This document shows, piece after piece, positions 1-13,377 of a stretch of 64,000 bases of DNA. The translations under genes were made by a program, and so were the position numbers. Source of the DNA: Octopus vulgaris (Eukaryota); contig OX597814.1 of assembly GCA_951406725.2 (NCBI GenBank), positions 109,368,001-109,432,000 of the forward strand, read 5' to 3'. The notes below the pieces were generated by a model. That model was not told the DNA's origin, made no database searches, and was given only the letters and a program-made list of their open reading frames with translations. Position 1 is the stretch's first letter, and each line of letters starts with the position of its first letter.

Positions 1-1417
1 AGCGATCAATGCATTAGCCATACCAGTCGTGACTTACAGTTTCAATATCGTTAACTGGTCAATTACTGAAATATGTCAGCTCGACAGAAAAATAAGAAAA
101 CTGTTGACAATGCATAGAATGCACCACCCTAAGGCAGATACAGAACGACTTTATCTGCCAAGAAAAGAGGGAGGCCGTGGTCTTTTGCAACTGGCAATAA
201 CAATGAAGATTGCTACAATTGGCCTAGACACCTACCTGAAAAAGTCTGAGGATAGGATGTTAAAACTTGTCTCAAAACATGAAAACAAGAAAGCATCATA
301 CTCAGTAACAAAACAGGCAAAGGAATATCTAAGTGAATTCCGAATACAACAAATTTCGGAATTAGAGATAGACATACAAGAAACAAGCACAGAAAAAGCT
401 AGGCGCATGAAAACCCGTGCCAAAACTGCGGCCTTAGATATTCTGAATAATAAATGGCAAGAAAAACCTCTCTATGGCAAATACCCAAAGAGAGCGAATA
501 ATGTAGATATTGACAAAGCCCTGACCCATCAATGGCTAATGGCCTCTGGCTTAAAATCTGAAACAGAAGGGTTTATCATAGCAGTTCAAGATCAATGCCT
601 ACCAACAAGAAACTACCAGGCCAACATATTAAAGAACGGCAGTAGCCCAACATGTCATGTATGCCAACAACAAAATGAAACCATTGATCATGTAGTCTCC
701 AAATGCAGTCTTCTAGTGCCTACAGAGTACCTCAACAGGCATGATAGAGCTGCACAATATATTCACTGGGTAATTTGCAAAAACCTGAATTTGCCCCATG
801 AAAAAAACTGGTGGGAACACAATCCACCTCCAGTGCTTGAAAATGACCACATCTCACTCCTCTGGAACTTCACCATTCAAACTGACAGAAAGATAGATGC
901 AAATAGGCCAGACATCATATTGAAAGACTTCAGACAAAGAACATGCCTCCTCATTGATATGACTGTACCAATCGATATAAACGTATTTGTCAAGACCTAT
1001 CAAAAACTGAGCAAATATAAAGATCTTGAAATAGAAATCAGCAAAATGTGGAACCTGAAGACTAAAACAATACCTGTTGTCATAGGTGCCCTGGGAATGA
1101 TAGCGAAAGGGGCTGATTGCTACCTAACTCAGATACCAGGAAACCCCAAAATGGCAGAAATTCAAAAGATAGTGCTCATGGGAACTGCTCATATCCTACG
1201 CAAAATACTCTCTATGTAATCCCAAGGTTTAAAACAAACTTTTTTTTTTTTATTTATGTATTAGACATTCACTAATACAACACCAAAAAAAAAAAAACCA
1301 AATATATGGCACACTAGGCATAACAACAACGTGAACTTCCAACCTGTTGTCTCTTGAGGTCTCTGGGTGAGACTTGGAGCCAACTTGTACAGACATAAAG
1401 CAAAAGTCAAACATAGA
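1..1417 (+). mobile_element. Dong/R4-type non-LTR retrotransposon, 3' part (RT thumb, CCHC knuckle, restriction-like endonuclease; ORF open to 1219) plus 3' UTR, ending at (TAA)n
   Basis: RLYLPRKEGGRGL; CHVC...ETIDHVVSKC; RHD; RPDI...IDMT...KLSKYKDL; (TAA)n from 1418. Confidence 0.9.
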
Positions 1418-1692
1418 ATAATAATAATAATAATAATAATAATAACTGTCACTACTAATAATAGTAATAATAATCCTTTCTAATATAGGCACAAGGCCTG
1501 AAATTTGAGGGGAGGAGCGACTAGTCGATTACATTGACCCCAGTGTTTTACTGGTACTTATTTTACCGACCCAGAAAGGATGAAATGCAAAGTCGACCTC
1601 AGCAACAGGCGAAATACCGCTAAGTCTTTTGTCCAGCGCGCTAACAATTCTGCCAGTTTGCCATAATAATAATTAATAATAATAATAATAAT

Positions 1693-2118
1693 TAAGGCCA
1701 ATAGGCCGGATATATTTGTCAGAGATCATCAAGACAAAAAACACTTTCTAATTGATGTATCAATGCCAACCAATGACAATGTTTCTCTGTAAGAAATGGA
1801 GAAACTTTCAAAATACAAAGACCTGGAAATAGAGGTAAATCGAATGTAGAATCTAAAAACAGAAACAATTTCTATCATTGTAGGCACATTAGGTATGATA
1901 AAAAAATATTCAGACAAATACATAATAAAAACACCAGGACTAACAAGTATACATAACATACAGAAAATAACAATATTATACACTGCACATATCTTACGTA
2001 AAACACTTTCAATACAGTAACCATAAGAGCATTACAACAAACTACAGCACGTATCCAAGACACACAGAGCTGTGCTCGGTAGTGCATTGAAAGCATGTGA
2101 TAAAATAAGACTACTGAA
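1693..2118 (+). mobile_element. 5'-truncated, degenerate Dong/R4-type LINE 3' end (second family) between (TAA)n tracts
   Basis: Reads KANRPDIFVRD...LIDVSMP...KLSKYKDLEIEV...TAHILRKTLSIQ with in-frame stops; 3' UTR differs from the 1-1417 element. Confidence 0.85.
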
Positions 2119-3186
2119 TAATAATAACAATTTCAAATTTTTGCCACAAGGGCAGCTTGGTGGAGGGGATAAAGTCAATTACATCGATTCTAGTGTTTCA
2201 CTGGTACTTACTTAATAGATCTCGAAAGGTTGAAAGGCAAAGTCAACCTTGGCAGAATTGGAACTCAGAAAGTAGCGACATGCGAAATACCACTAAGCAT
2301 TTCATCCAGTGCAGTGCCAATTCTGCCAGCTCACCACCTTAATAATAATGACAATGGCTGTGGTGGTGCCGCCGATGATGATATGTCACATATACTGAGA
2401 AGGGCATTGTTGCAGTGAATTTTCTTTCCCTTTTCCTCACCAATTTTTTTTTTGTTTTCTTTCATTTTTACCCTATTCTTTTAAAACTTTTTCTTCTTTC
2501 CTTTTTCCCTATCACATGACTTTGTAAATGAACAATCTGGTGTGTTTATTTTAATGTATACAGTGAGTTTCTTTGCCCTAAGTGTTTGGAAGACACTTGG
2601 CAAGAAATAAAAACAAAACTGAAAGAGGATAATGATAATGATAATAATAATAATAAATGCCCTGATGCAATACCTTTTGATGCCAACCTCCATGAGACTA
2701 TCCCTGGTTCTATGCAACATAGTTTCTGTTTTAAATTGATCTAAATTAAAAACTTTCCATCAACATTTCATGCTAAATTATTTTGCAAACACCAGCTTAA
2801 TAATGACAAACTCATTTTAATTAAATCTTTCATTACTTTCAGAATTAATTAAAACAAAGGCAGTGTATTTCAACAGGAATCTGGTCACAAAAATATTGAA
2901 GTAATCTAAAAATTCTCATTAAAATGTCATGTTAATTTATGTTCCAAACATTACTTTAATAACAACCAGCTTAATTATTTTACTAAATTTCTCATTATTT
3001 TCAAAATTAATTCTAAGTCCGTTAGTGTATTTTAACTGAAATACAATAACGAATCTAAGTCATCTAACAGCAAACATATTTGGTAACAATCTCGTTAGAT
3101 GTTTTTTTGCTCGTTATTTTGTTGGTTGTTTTCCTTCTTCTAGAAGACATGGTGTCGCAATGATATAAAAGAAGTACTGAACTTAC

Positions 3187-3261
3187 CTGAATTTACAATT
3201 CGATTGTCAGAAAAATGCCGAGTGAGGAATAAGGCAAATTTGTGACTCAGGTCAAAATTAT
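3187..3261 (-). CDS. RNF123: RNF123 exon 24, last in window (DNFDLSHKFALFLTRHFSDNRIVNS)
   Basis: tgtag/GTAAGT; resembles human LAKHFADARIVGTD; the gene continues beyond position 1. Confidence 0.9.
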
Positions 3262-3659
3262 CTACAAAAGAAGTAAATAAAATAAATAAAAATTAAGAAA
3301 ATATGTGATAACATTATCCCGCCTCTTACTAATCCTTACTTGTTTCCAAACAGGGTAATATTTCCCCCAATGACTGGACGTGTTTGTGTGTATGTATATA
3401 TACACATACACACAACTGGCACCCTTACTCCACTCATTCCTACCCACCTCATACCTTGACGGTCCACTCTGATATCTAATCACCATTTACATCACTTTTC
3501 AGCTTTAAACCCAGGCCATATATATCTCATGGCTGTGATGGTCACACTCTTGATAAATGTGGGAAAAACTTTAGTTTGTTAGGCCTCAAAATCCTGTCAC
3601 TACTAATCTGTCAAAAGTTGATTTTTTAGATGTTTCCCTAGATTTTTAAACTCCCGCTC

Positions 3660-4960
3660 TAATAAACCGATCATAAGCCAAATGAGAAATTCTTTTACAT
3701 ACACAAACAGTTCTGTCACCCTCTAATAGTTTTTAAAAACCTGTTAGCTAACATTAGTAATAGGATATCCAATCTTTCTTCTAAGGAGATTTTTGATAAT
3801 TCAGTCCCCTACTATAACAATGTCATAGCTAACAGTGACTTCAAAGATAAGATGTGTTACAATCCTTCTAGTAAAAATATAAATCATAAAAATAAATCTA
3901 AAAATAGACCTAGGAAAATAATTTGGCTGCCCCACCCCTCCCTATATGCTAAAACTAATGAATGTAAGCAAAAACAAAATCCCATCTCTTCTAGATAACT
4001 ATTTCCCAGAAAATCACAAATAAAGGAAGACCTTTAACAGACAATTAAATTATATAGCAGCTGCCCCAGTATGAAGGACATCATCACCCATAAACATCAG
4101 CAAAAAAGATCACACCCAGTTGTAAATGTCAAGACCCGGGAGCCTACCCATGGGACCAGGCATGCATGATAAACTCCATTGTATATGAGGCAGAAGTTAG
4201 AGCAACGCTACATGATGACCTAACCAAAAAAGAACCACATCGGGTTATGAAAGGCCACTTCAAAGACACTATGCAAATCACCTATCTTCTTTGTGGCACA
4301 AGAACAAAAGTAAAGCCAGTACGTTGCCTAGCCACATATGGGGCTTGAAGATCAACTCCATGCCACATACAATCAAGTGGAAAAATCATAGAAAAATCCA
4401 TACCATATGTTAATGGATCTAAGAAATAAAACTTATGTGCAGCTGAAAGATAGCATATACTTTTCAGATTTAAGAATTCCATCACACTGCGGAATTCCAG
4501 ATCAGAAATTTTCAGCAAATGCTAACATACGGACAAATTTCTTTTGGCAAACTGGAGGGTTCCAACCTCTTTGGATTGAGCAGCTGTAATCGCAGACTTT
4601 GGACCCTTTTGTTTATTCATTCAACAAGCTTTATCATAGCCTTGTGGTTGAAAGGGACATAACTCTAATTTTCTTTTCTTTTTGCCTTTTTCCATTTTTA
4701 CTCACTCTTCCACTTTTTGCATCCAACTTCTCAGTTTTTCTTGTGCTTTCTCTTGTTCTAGCATCCTGATTTGTAAATTGTATAGGCCATGTGCTCAGAG
4801 CATGAAGGTTTCTTGGAGAAAGCATATTATTAAAATTTGCCTAGACTACGTCTCCAATGCATGAAGACATTAGTAGCTCATAACTATATCCTGTGTACAT
4901 TAAATAATATTTACCTCTCACTGGATGGAGTACTTTTTTTGTTGATTGTACCTTAATGAT
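3660..4960 (+). mobile_element. Degenerate Penelope-like element (RT C-terminus, GIY-YIG endonuclease remnants, 3' region ending at (TA)n)
   Basis: Frameshifted pieces KPNEKFFYIHKQ, ISNRISNLSS, RPRKIIW, CMINSIVYEAEV, IKWKIIEKSIPY, NSRSEIFSKC. Confidence 0.75.
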
Positions 4961-5357
4961 ATATATATATATATATATATAAAGAGGAGAATATGCGTGT
5001 GTGTGTGTGTGTGTGTCTGTGTGTCTATCCATCTGAATCCCTAAAACTCGTGATTTCATTCAAGTTTTACACATGCCTTACTTAGGGTCCATGTAGTGTC
5101 ATGGACCAAAAAATTTTCAACTTCTTGCCTAATGCTAGCCCAGAGCAATCTCTTATACCTTCCAATATTTCAGTATTACATGTCAAGAGTGAAACAATAA
5201 CATCTCTCAACTGTAATGTCAAATAGCTTCACTATTAATACTGAAACTATTAAAGTGAAACTATTATCTCACATATATACAGGCATACATACATATATTC
5301 ATACATACATATATATATTATGTATATATATATATATATATATGTATACATCTGCAC

Positions 5358-5398
<41 letters not shown>

Positions 5399-6376
5399 TG
5401 TAATTGTATAGATGTATATATATAGATGTATATGTATAGATGTATATGTATACATGTATATGTATAGATGTAGATATACATATATATGTTCATATATGTG
5501 TATATACATATGTATATGTATAAATATATGTATGCATGTATATATGTGTGTATATGTATATGTGTACATATATATGTACACATATATGTGAAGGTGCATG
5601 GCTCAGTGATTAGAGGTTGTGAATTCGAATCCCGGACCAGGCTACGTGTTGTGTTCTTGAGCAAAACACTTTATTTCATGTTGTTCCAGTTCACACAGCT
5701 TTAGATATGAGTTGCAACATCACTGATGTTCGAAGATTGTGAATTCATCTGATGAAAAACGATTTCTTTGCAATGATGTAATGTTTTTATTAATCAATTA
5801 AAGGAGTTGTTAGAAACGGCCGTAATGAATTGACACCTGTATTTCTTTGCTACTCACTTATATTTTATATATACTCTGCTGAGTGGTTGGTGATAGGAAG
5901 GGCATCCAGCTGTAAAAATCCTGTTGAAACAGTTACAAAAGTCTGGTTCAGGCTTCTGCCTGGCCAGCTCTTGTCAAACCATTCCACCCATGCCCTTCCT
6001 GTTACCAACCCTCACCTGTTTCCAAGTAAGGCAATATTTCCCCATGGCCAGACATGCTTTCATGGAAGATTGGAAATAAAGGACAAAAGGGCACTGCCTG
6101 TATGATAGCAGCAGTCATTTAGAGGTATCACAAGATATCAAGACAAGGAAATACAACCATGCACACTGACAAACACACACACACACACACACACATATAT
6201 AAAAAGGAATACAAAAAATGGGACATGAATGCAAAACATCCAGACAGTTAGATGATACAAAAAAGGGACAAGAAAAAACATGGATGGATCATTCAGTTTT
6301 CTTTCCTCAGTCAAGTTCCAGATTATCTTTGCAAGACATACACACATACAGAGTTCAAAAACCAGTGAAGACTTAC

Positions 6377-6554
6377 CTGGAATATCAAAGAAATTTGCAG
6401 TTGGATGGAAATAGTTTTTCAATGCATTGTAGGAATTAATACAAGTGTCTACATAGAATTCTGGAAGAAATTGGAAAGGTATTTCGTGGGCGGATGCTTT
6501 CTCAATAGTTTTTAAAACCACTCGAAATATCCAGGCAACATCTATTTGCTTTGT
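6377..6554 (-). CDS. RNF123: RNF123 exon 23 (TKQIDVAWIFRVVLKTIE...FLPEFYVDTCINSYNALKNYFHP...)
   Basis: tttag/GTAAGT; PEFY...INSYxALKNYF motif. Confidence 0.96.
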
Positions 6555-7734
6555 CTAAAAAACAGATTTATACAAAATGTGACAGTACATATGGCATAGT
6601 GGTTAAGAGTGCGGGCTACTAGCCCCAAGATTCCGAGTTCAATTCCAAGTAGTGACCTGAATAATTACAACAACAATAACAATAAGTACCTTAGGAATGA
6701 GAACTCAGGTTTGAAATTTCCCCAAGACACCTGATGAAGGCTGGAGGGTATATCAGCCAAAATGTTGTGTTAACAACAAACAAGATGAGGACAAAGATCC
6801 ATCAAATGTAAAGTAAAATGTGACAGATTTGATAAAAGGCACAGTATAAAACAAATAAAATAGATGTAATAAATAAAGGCATTTTAGCATATAATGAAAT
6901 GCTCTTTGCCCCTTTTGATACTAATCTGCTACAAAACACCTGTAATTTTATAATTTAAAAAACATACCTGCCTTGTTTAAAGTATTCAATTAGTGAAATA
7001 TTCTATCATCATCATCGTCATTGTCATTTAACGTCCACTTTCCATGCTAGCATGGGTTGGACGGTTTGACTGAGGGTTGGTGGGCCAGAAGGCTTCACCA
7101 AGCTCAATCTGATCTGGCAAGGTTTCTACAGCTGGATGCCCTTCCTAACACCAACCACTCCGAGAGTGTAGTGGTTGCTTTTATGTGTCAATGGCATGAG
7201 AGCCAGTTAGGTGGTACTGGCAACAACCACACTCAAATGATGTTTTTTACGTGCCACCTGCACGGGAGCCAGTTCGGCGGGACAAGCAACAACCACACTC
7301 AAATGTTGTTTGTCACATGCCATCGGCACAGGTGCTAGTAAGACAACACTGGCAACGATCATGCTCGAATGGTGCTTTTTATGTGCCACCAGCATGGGAG
7401 CTAGTCAGTGGCCCTGGCAACAATCACGCCTGGATGGTGCTTTTAACGTTCCATTGGCACGAGTGCCAATCAGGCAATACTGTCATCGGCCACATCAGCG
7501 ATTTTGATTTCACTTGCCTCAACAAGTCTTCGCAAGCAAAGTTTATTGTCCAATGAATGGGGAGTACTCATAAGTGGGCTGGTTATACACCACTGGTATA
7601 GTCCACAGGTTCAATGGGTTATTTTCATTTTATTTAAAAATATTTTGTCAAGTTGTGTTTAAAACACCAGATTAACACTGAAGAATGTACAGGTAAAATA
7701 AGCAAAGAATATACAGGAAATAGATTTTCTCAAA

Positions 7735-8165
7735 TGTCCAGGGGGAACCTTGAAGGTAGCAGATAGTTTTAGTTACCTATGAGACCAAATAAGCAGCAGC
7801 AGAGATTGCTCTGTAAACATAGTTGTTAAAGGATGTCTCTCTCAGAGTGAAGGGCAGGTTATATGCTGCCTGTGTACGGACAGCTATGCTATATGGCAGT
7901 GAAACATGGACTGTGACAGAAGAGGAGAGCAGAGGTGAATACTTGAAAGAAATGAAACTAGCATGCTCTGCTGGACGTGTAGTGTCAGTGAACATGTACA
8001 ACAGAGTGTGTTTTGAGAGAAAAATTGGGTATAAAAGGCATCAGATGTGGACAACAGAGAAGACTGCACTGATGTGGTCATGCGACATGTATGGATGAGG
8101 ACAGCTGTATAAAGAAGTGCCAATCTCTGATTGTGAAGGGAACCCATGGAAGAGGAAGACTTAAG
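7735..8165 (+). mobile_element. Degenerate RTE LINE 3' coding fragment
   Basis: SLRVKGRLYAACVRTAMLYGSETWTV, homologous to 48600-48930. Confidence 0.85.
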
Positions 8166-8724
8166 TTTGGGAAATGAGGAGTGTAATCAATGTAAAATGT
8201 GGGTGGAGAGGACAGTATAAGGATGAAGCATGGATATTGAGTGAAATGAATAAATATAATTTCTTATCCAGTAGAAAAATATAAAAAAATATATAAATAT
8301 AAATCATCATAATCCTTTAATGTCCATTTTTCCATGCTTGCACAAATTAGATGGAATTTCTTGAGGTAGATCACTGGACAAATGCCCTTCCTGTCACTAA
8401 CCCTCACCTGTTTCCAAGCAAAGTAATATTTCCCCATGGCCAGACATGTATTTCATTGAAGACTACAAACAACATTGCTTGTATGATGATGATACTCATT
8501 TACAACCATCACAAGGACACACACACACACATGTATGACAGGCTTCTTTTAATTTCTGTCAACCCAATCTACTCACAGGGCTTTGGTTGTCCCAGCACTT
8601 TAGTTATAGTAAAAAGACACTCTGCCAAAGTGCCATACAGTAGGACTGAACCCAAGATCAGATGTTTGGTTGGGAAGCAAGCTTCTTAACCACACAGCCA
8701 CTCCTGTACCATGAAGTAAAAAAT

Positions 8725-9210
8725 TCATTTATTCATTTGATTATCATTGTATCTTGTGGAACTTGAGGCGACAGCAAGGTCATTCCACCTTCTAACACTG
8801 AAAGCATCCTTGAAAACCTGTTCCATTGTTACCCCACTGCTTTTAAGATCTTTTGTTATTGATCCCCGCCACATTTTCTTTAGTCGGCTACATCTTCTTT
8901 CTCCTTGTGGAACCCATTGCAAAGTGATCCTGGCAACTGAGTTTGGTTTATAGCTACAAACTCGACCCAGCCATTTCCATCTCCTTGCTTAAATAAAGTT
9001 TCTCTTACTAGTTTCACATTAGCCTTGGTGCGAAGTTGGCTATTCGAGATCATATTTAGCCAGTAGACCTTCAAAATTCTTAGACACTATGGTTTTCCAC
9101 ACAATTTAGTCAAGATGATTCATTTATTGTATGAAAACTTCAAATGTCAAGTTATACACAACAACAAACTGACAGATCCACTTGAAATCAAAACTGGATT
9201 CAAACATGAA
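8725..9210. mobile_element. Old RTE-type LINE fragment with internal inversion (3' end on minus 8725-9070, RT piece on plus 9070-9210)
   Basis: Minus strand WVPQGERRCSRLKKMWR...RRWNDL; plus strand KILRHYGFPHNLVKMIHLLYENFKCQVIHNNKLTDPLEIKTG. Confidence 0.65.
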
Positions 9211-9261
9211 GTAATAAATACAAAAATAAAACAGTTGAAAAAGAAACGAAATGAAGTTTAC

Positions 9262-9369
9262 CTTTGAGTATATGACTGCTATGACCCAAGCCATTTGGCG
9301 TCCAAGTTCTGAAATTTTCTCTTCAAAAACTGATTTTGCTCTTTCTAGTTCATATTTAATTTCCTGAGC
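9262..9369 (-). CDS. RNF123: RNF123 exon 22 (AQEIKYELERAKSVFEEKISELGRQMAWVIAVIYSK)
   Basis: gacag/GTAAAC; resembles human [23 protein letters not shown]. Confidence 0.93.
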
Positions 9370-9579
9370 CTGTCAACAGAAATTGATAGCATAAGGCTTA
9401 ATGAAGGCAGTTGTTGTCATTGGTGATGGGGGCTGGTGGTGGTGATGAAGATAGTGGTGGTGGTGGTGGTGCTGATGGTGGCAACAGCAATGAAGTAAAT
9501 GATAAAATATTTATGGTATGCTCTGCCATTCCATCCAACACTGTACAAGGTAGAAAAGCAAGTCATTTTTAGTTCTGAA

Positions 9580-10080
9580 CATCATCATCGTTTAACGTTC
9601 ACTTTTCATGCTGGAATGGATTGGATGGTTTGACTGGAGACTGCCAGAAAGCTGCACTAGGTTCCTATCTGATCTGGCAGAGTTTCTACAGCTGGATGCC
9701 CTTCCTAACGCCAACTGCTCTGAGAGTGTAGTGGGTGCTTTTTACGTGCCACCGGCACAGGAACCAGTCAGCTGGCATTGGTATCAACCACGCTCAAATG
9801 GTGCTTTTAACGTGCCACCAGCACAGGAGCCAGTCAGGCACCACTGGCATCGACCACACTCAAATGGCGCTTCTTACGTGCCACTGGCACAGGAGCCAGC
9901 CAGACAGCACTGGCATCACCCACACTCAAATGGTGCATTTTACGTACCAATGGCACAGGAGCCAGTCAGGCAGCACTGGCATCGAACACACTCCAATGGT
10001 GTTTTTTACATGCCACCAGCACAGGAGCCAGTCAGGCAGCATTGGCATCGACCATGCTCAAATGGTGCATTTTATGTGCC
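9580..10080 (-). mobile_element. RTE 3'-end / RTE-tail retroposon with ~60 bp tandem subrepeats. Representative of >20 copies, e.g. 7005-7610, 20572-20820, 22343-22670, 25451-25870, 27508-28125, 29635-29930, 39459-39720, 49500-49870, 50476-50840, 52648-52940, 57472-57737, 59535-60104
   Basis: Shares ...gagtggttggcgttaggaagggcatccagctgtagaaac...ccatgccagcatggaaagcggacgttaaac(gat)n with the 3' end of the RTE at 49200-49408. Confidence 0.9.
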
Positions 10081-10469
10081 AAATTTTGTAAAACAACAAT
10101 ATAAGTTAATGAAATATTTGGGAACTCAAACTTTAGTGTGGTCATTGAACAGCCAAAGAACATATGACAAAGAATCATGCTAAAATAAAATCAGGGACAG
10201 CCTAGGTGGGTTGGTACCAAAAGGGTTAAGGAATTGTGTGTCAGAAGATGTGGGAGTAAAGATGGAGGACGTGCAAATTTGATCAAACTTTAACCTACAT
10301 AAAAATACAGTCTGTCATTTAACTTTTTAACACTTAAACTGGCTGCATCTGGCCAAAATATTCTATCTAATTTATGTTCAAACTGGCCAGTTCCAGATGC
10401 TCAAACTGGCCAGTTCCAGATACACAAACCTATCCCACAATGTCATTGTAAAAATAAACAAATAAAAGC

Positions 10470-10728
10470 AAATAAATAAATGCGCCCTTTTAAAACCTAG
10501 CCAGGCTCATGGGCCTGGTTTGCCTATTTCAATGGCATATGTGTTCCCGAGCTGGACGGGACGCCAGTCTATCACAGCATTACTCATTTTTGCCAGCTGA
10601 TTGAACTGGAGCAACAAGAAATGAAGTGTTTTGCTCAAGAACACAACACGTCGCCTGGTCCAGGAATTGAAACCACAATCTTACGATCATGATGCTGACA
10701 CCCTAACCACTAAGCCACGCGCGTCCAC
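10470..10728 (-). mobile_element. tRNA-derived SINE of another family; relatives at about 5592-5730, 23140-23270, 43545-43700, 54090-54375
   Basis: TGGCTTAGTGG A box, GGTTTCAATTCC B box, ttgtgttcttgagcaaaacac core, (TTTA)n tail. Confidence 0.8.
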
Positions 10729-10884
10729 AAAAATAAACAATCACAACACCAAAATTTTGAAGTTACAAGATAACATTTGATTAATTTAAAACAATGTGAA
10801 TAAAAAAGCATCAGAGTTGACAAAATAATTAAATGCAAAAGGATTAAAAGAGAAAGAAAAAAGCACAGAAGAGACAGGACTTAC

Positions 10885-10968
10885 ATCATCTGGACATTTT
10901 GCTAATTTTTCTTCTGTGTCTATTAAAGAATTGATAAATTCATTCATATTGTCTCGTAATGCACTCAT
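10885..10968 (-). CDS. RNF123: RNF123 exon 21 (MSALRDNMNEFINSLIDTEEKLAKCPDD)
   Basis: ttcag/GTAAGT; resembles human LRDTEDKLRRCP. Confidence 0.93.
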
Positions 10969-11823
10969 CTGAAACACAAAAAAGATAGCATGAAAATATT
11001 GTTGTCTTCATTAGACAAATAAAATAAATGATATAACGTTAGACAAATTTACAGAGTTATCATCATCACCATAATTTAAATTCTGTTTTTCATGCTGGCA
11101 TGGGTTGGATGGTTCAACAGGAGCTGGCAAGGCCAGGGGCTACACCAGGTTCTATTACCTATTTTGACATACATGTCCTTCCTAAAGCCAACTAGTTTAC
11201 AGAGTATACTGGGTGCTTTTCATGTAGCACCATCACCAGTGCTTTTTACGTGGCACCAGCAACCAGTGCCTTTTATGTGGCACCATCACCAGTGTTTATT
11301 TTTAGTGGAATCAACACCAGTGCTTTTTACATGGCACCATCATCAGTACTTTTTTTTTACATGGTACCATCACCAGTGCTTTTATACATGGTACTAACAC
11401 TGTTAGTGAATGAGAAATATATGTACTCCATCATAGGTTCAAAAGAATTAAATTTGTCCAGCAATGTGATGAAGACGGGCAACATATAAAGATTACTATA
11501 TTTGACAGCATATGAGATACACCTCATTTAATGGGTTTTCCATGCTGGCATGAGTTGGATGATTTGACAGGTGCTTATAAGCTGGAGAGCTACATCAGAT
11601 TCCAGTCATCTATTTTGATATGGTTTCTACAGCTGGATGCTCTTCCTAACACCAACCCCTTCACAGAGTGTACAGGATGCTTTTTACGTGGCACCAAAAA
11701 CAACTAGCCCTGGGTCATGTATGCAAAGTTGGTCATCCCATAAGCTTTAATGCACTAAAAACGTTTCTCCTTGAATAAGCACTACTGAAATTTGAGTGCA
11801 TTAATATACTTAATTAATTTGTA

Positions 11824-12218
11824 GGTGCAGGAGTGGCTGTGTGGTAAGTAGCTTGCTTACCAACCACATGGTTCTGGGTTCAGTCCTACTGTGTGACACC
11901 TTGGGCAAGTGTCTCCTACTATAGCCTCGGGCCAACCAAAGCCTTGTGAGTGAATTTGACAGACGGAAACTGAAAGAAGCCCGTTGTATATATACACGTG
12001 TGTATATATATGTTTGTGTGTCTGTGTTTGTACCCCCAACATCGCTTGACAACCGATACTGGTTTGTTTATGTCCCTGTCACTTAGCGGTTCGGCAAGAG
12101 AGACCGATGGAATAAGTACTAGGCTTACAAAGAATAAGTCCTGGAGTCAATTTGCTCGACTAAAGGCAGTGCTTCAGCATGGCCACAGTCAAATGACTGA
12201 AACAAATAAGATAAAAGA
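11824..12218 (+). mobile_element. tRNA-derived SINE (~390 bp) with an internal (TA/TG)n. Other copies about 8520-8710, 12655-12815, 24985-25335, 26843-27220, 31960-33040 (interrupted), 34410-34675, 36275-36635, 51888-52500, 61990-62370, 63693-63970
   Basis: A-box-like TGGCTGTGTGG, B-box-like GGTTCAGTCC; conserved body ...ccttgggcaagtgtc...gacggaaactgaaagaagcc...tccagcatggcc. Confidence 0.88.
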
Positions 12219-13234
12219 TAATATACTTGCTCAATATACCTGTGCATTTTTAATGGCACCAAGTATGGGAGTTGAAGAAATCACAAAGAAACAAAGAATG
12301 AAGACAATTCACACAATGTTAATCTTCACAAATGGAACAGGTTCATTCCCAACAACTGGCCTATGTCAGCATCAAGTGCTACAAGGGCTAGGCAGATGCT
12401 TTAGAAGGAAACAAATCATCCATTGCTGCTGGGTGTTGGAAATGATTCCAGTATGGCTGTCAAGCTATACACAAAAAGGAATCAACTGATAACGAGAGTG
12501 TGTTGATCATCATCATCATCATCATCACTGTTTAACATCCGTTTTCCATGCTGGCATGGGTTGGACAGTTTGACTGGGATCAAATGTAAATAATTGTACA
12601 TAATTCTTCATCTCTTAAATATAGAACTGTGTGTATATATATATATATAAACACACACACATGCACACATACACACATGCAATGGGCTTCTTTTAGTTTC
12701 CGTCTCCCAAATCCACTCACAAAACTTTGGTTGGCCTGAGGCTGTTATAGAAGACACTTGCCTAAGATTCTACACAGTTGGACTGAACCCAGTACCATGC
12801 AGTTGGGAAGCAACACTTTCTTTGCTGTTCCACCCTTGAAACAGCAGGACATCAGGACTGCCCCAGTATTTGGGTTTAGTAATGTAAAATGAAGTACACA
12901 ATGTGCTGCCTAGTCTAGGAATTGAATTAACGATCTTATGATCATGAGACCAACACTCAAACCTTTTAGACTACATGTCTGTTAAGGTGAGGGTACTAAG
13001 AGTATCATTGCCTCCATGTTCTGAGAAATTTTGCTATGCCACAGCTCTGGATATGAATAGTCTTATTGGTGCAGAAGAATTGGAGATGGAGAAAAAATAC
13101 AAAAAGAAAAAAAAAACAATGAAATTCTTAATCAAGGAACTGTGTTTAATTGAACATTTGCTCAAATCAGTCATCAAAATTATGACGTTCATTTTGAAAG
13201 TTAAAAAGAATTTTTGTAAAACTTAAACTCTGAC

Positions 13235-13377
13235 CTTTCCAAGTTGCTTGTGTGTCGCTATGTGATAGAGGGTGACCACACCATCAAGTAACTCTGTTAA
13301 CGTTGCATCACCAGGAATTTCAGCACAGCTGGGGTCGACACTGCTCTCCAAACAATCATTACTGTTACTACGGCTGC
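13235..13377 (-). CDS. RNF123: RNF123 exon 20 (GSRSNSNDCLE...TLTELLDGVVTLYHIATHKQLGK)
   Basis: ttcag/GTCAGA; resembles human LLEVLDGAVMMYNLSVHQQLGK. Confidence 0.93.

Noticed and set aside
2660-2720. Minus-strand peptide TRDSLMEV resembling the expected next RNF123 exon (IRDSLMQAL)
   Set aside because: The nearby AG gives the wrong phase, there is no polypyrimidine tract, and similarity does not continue
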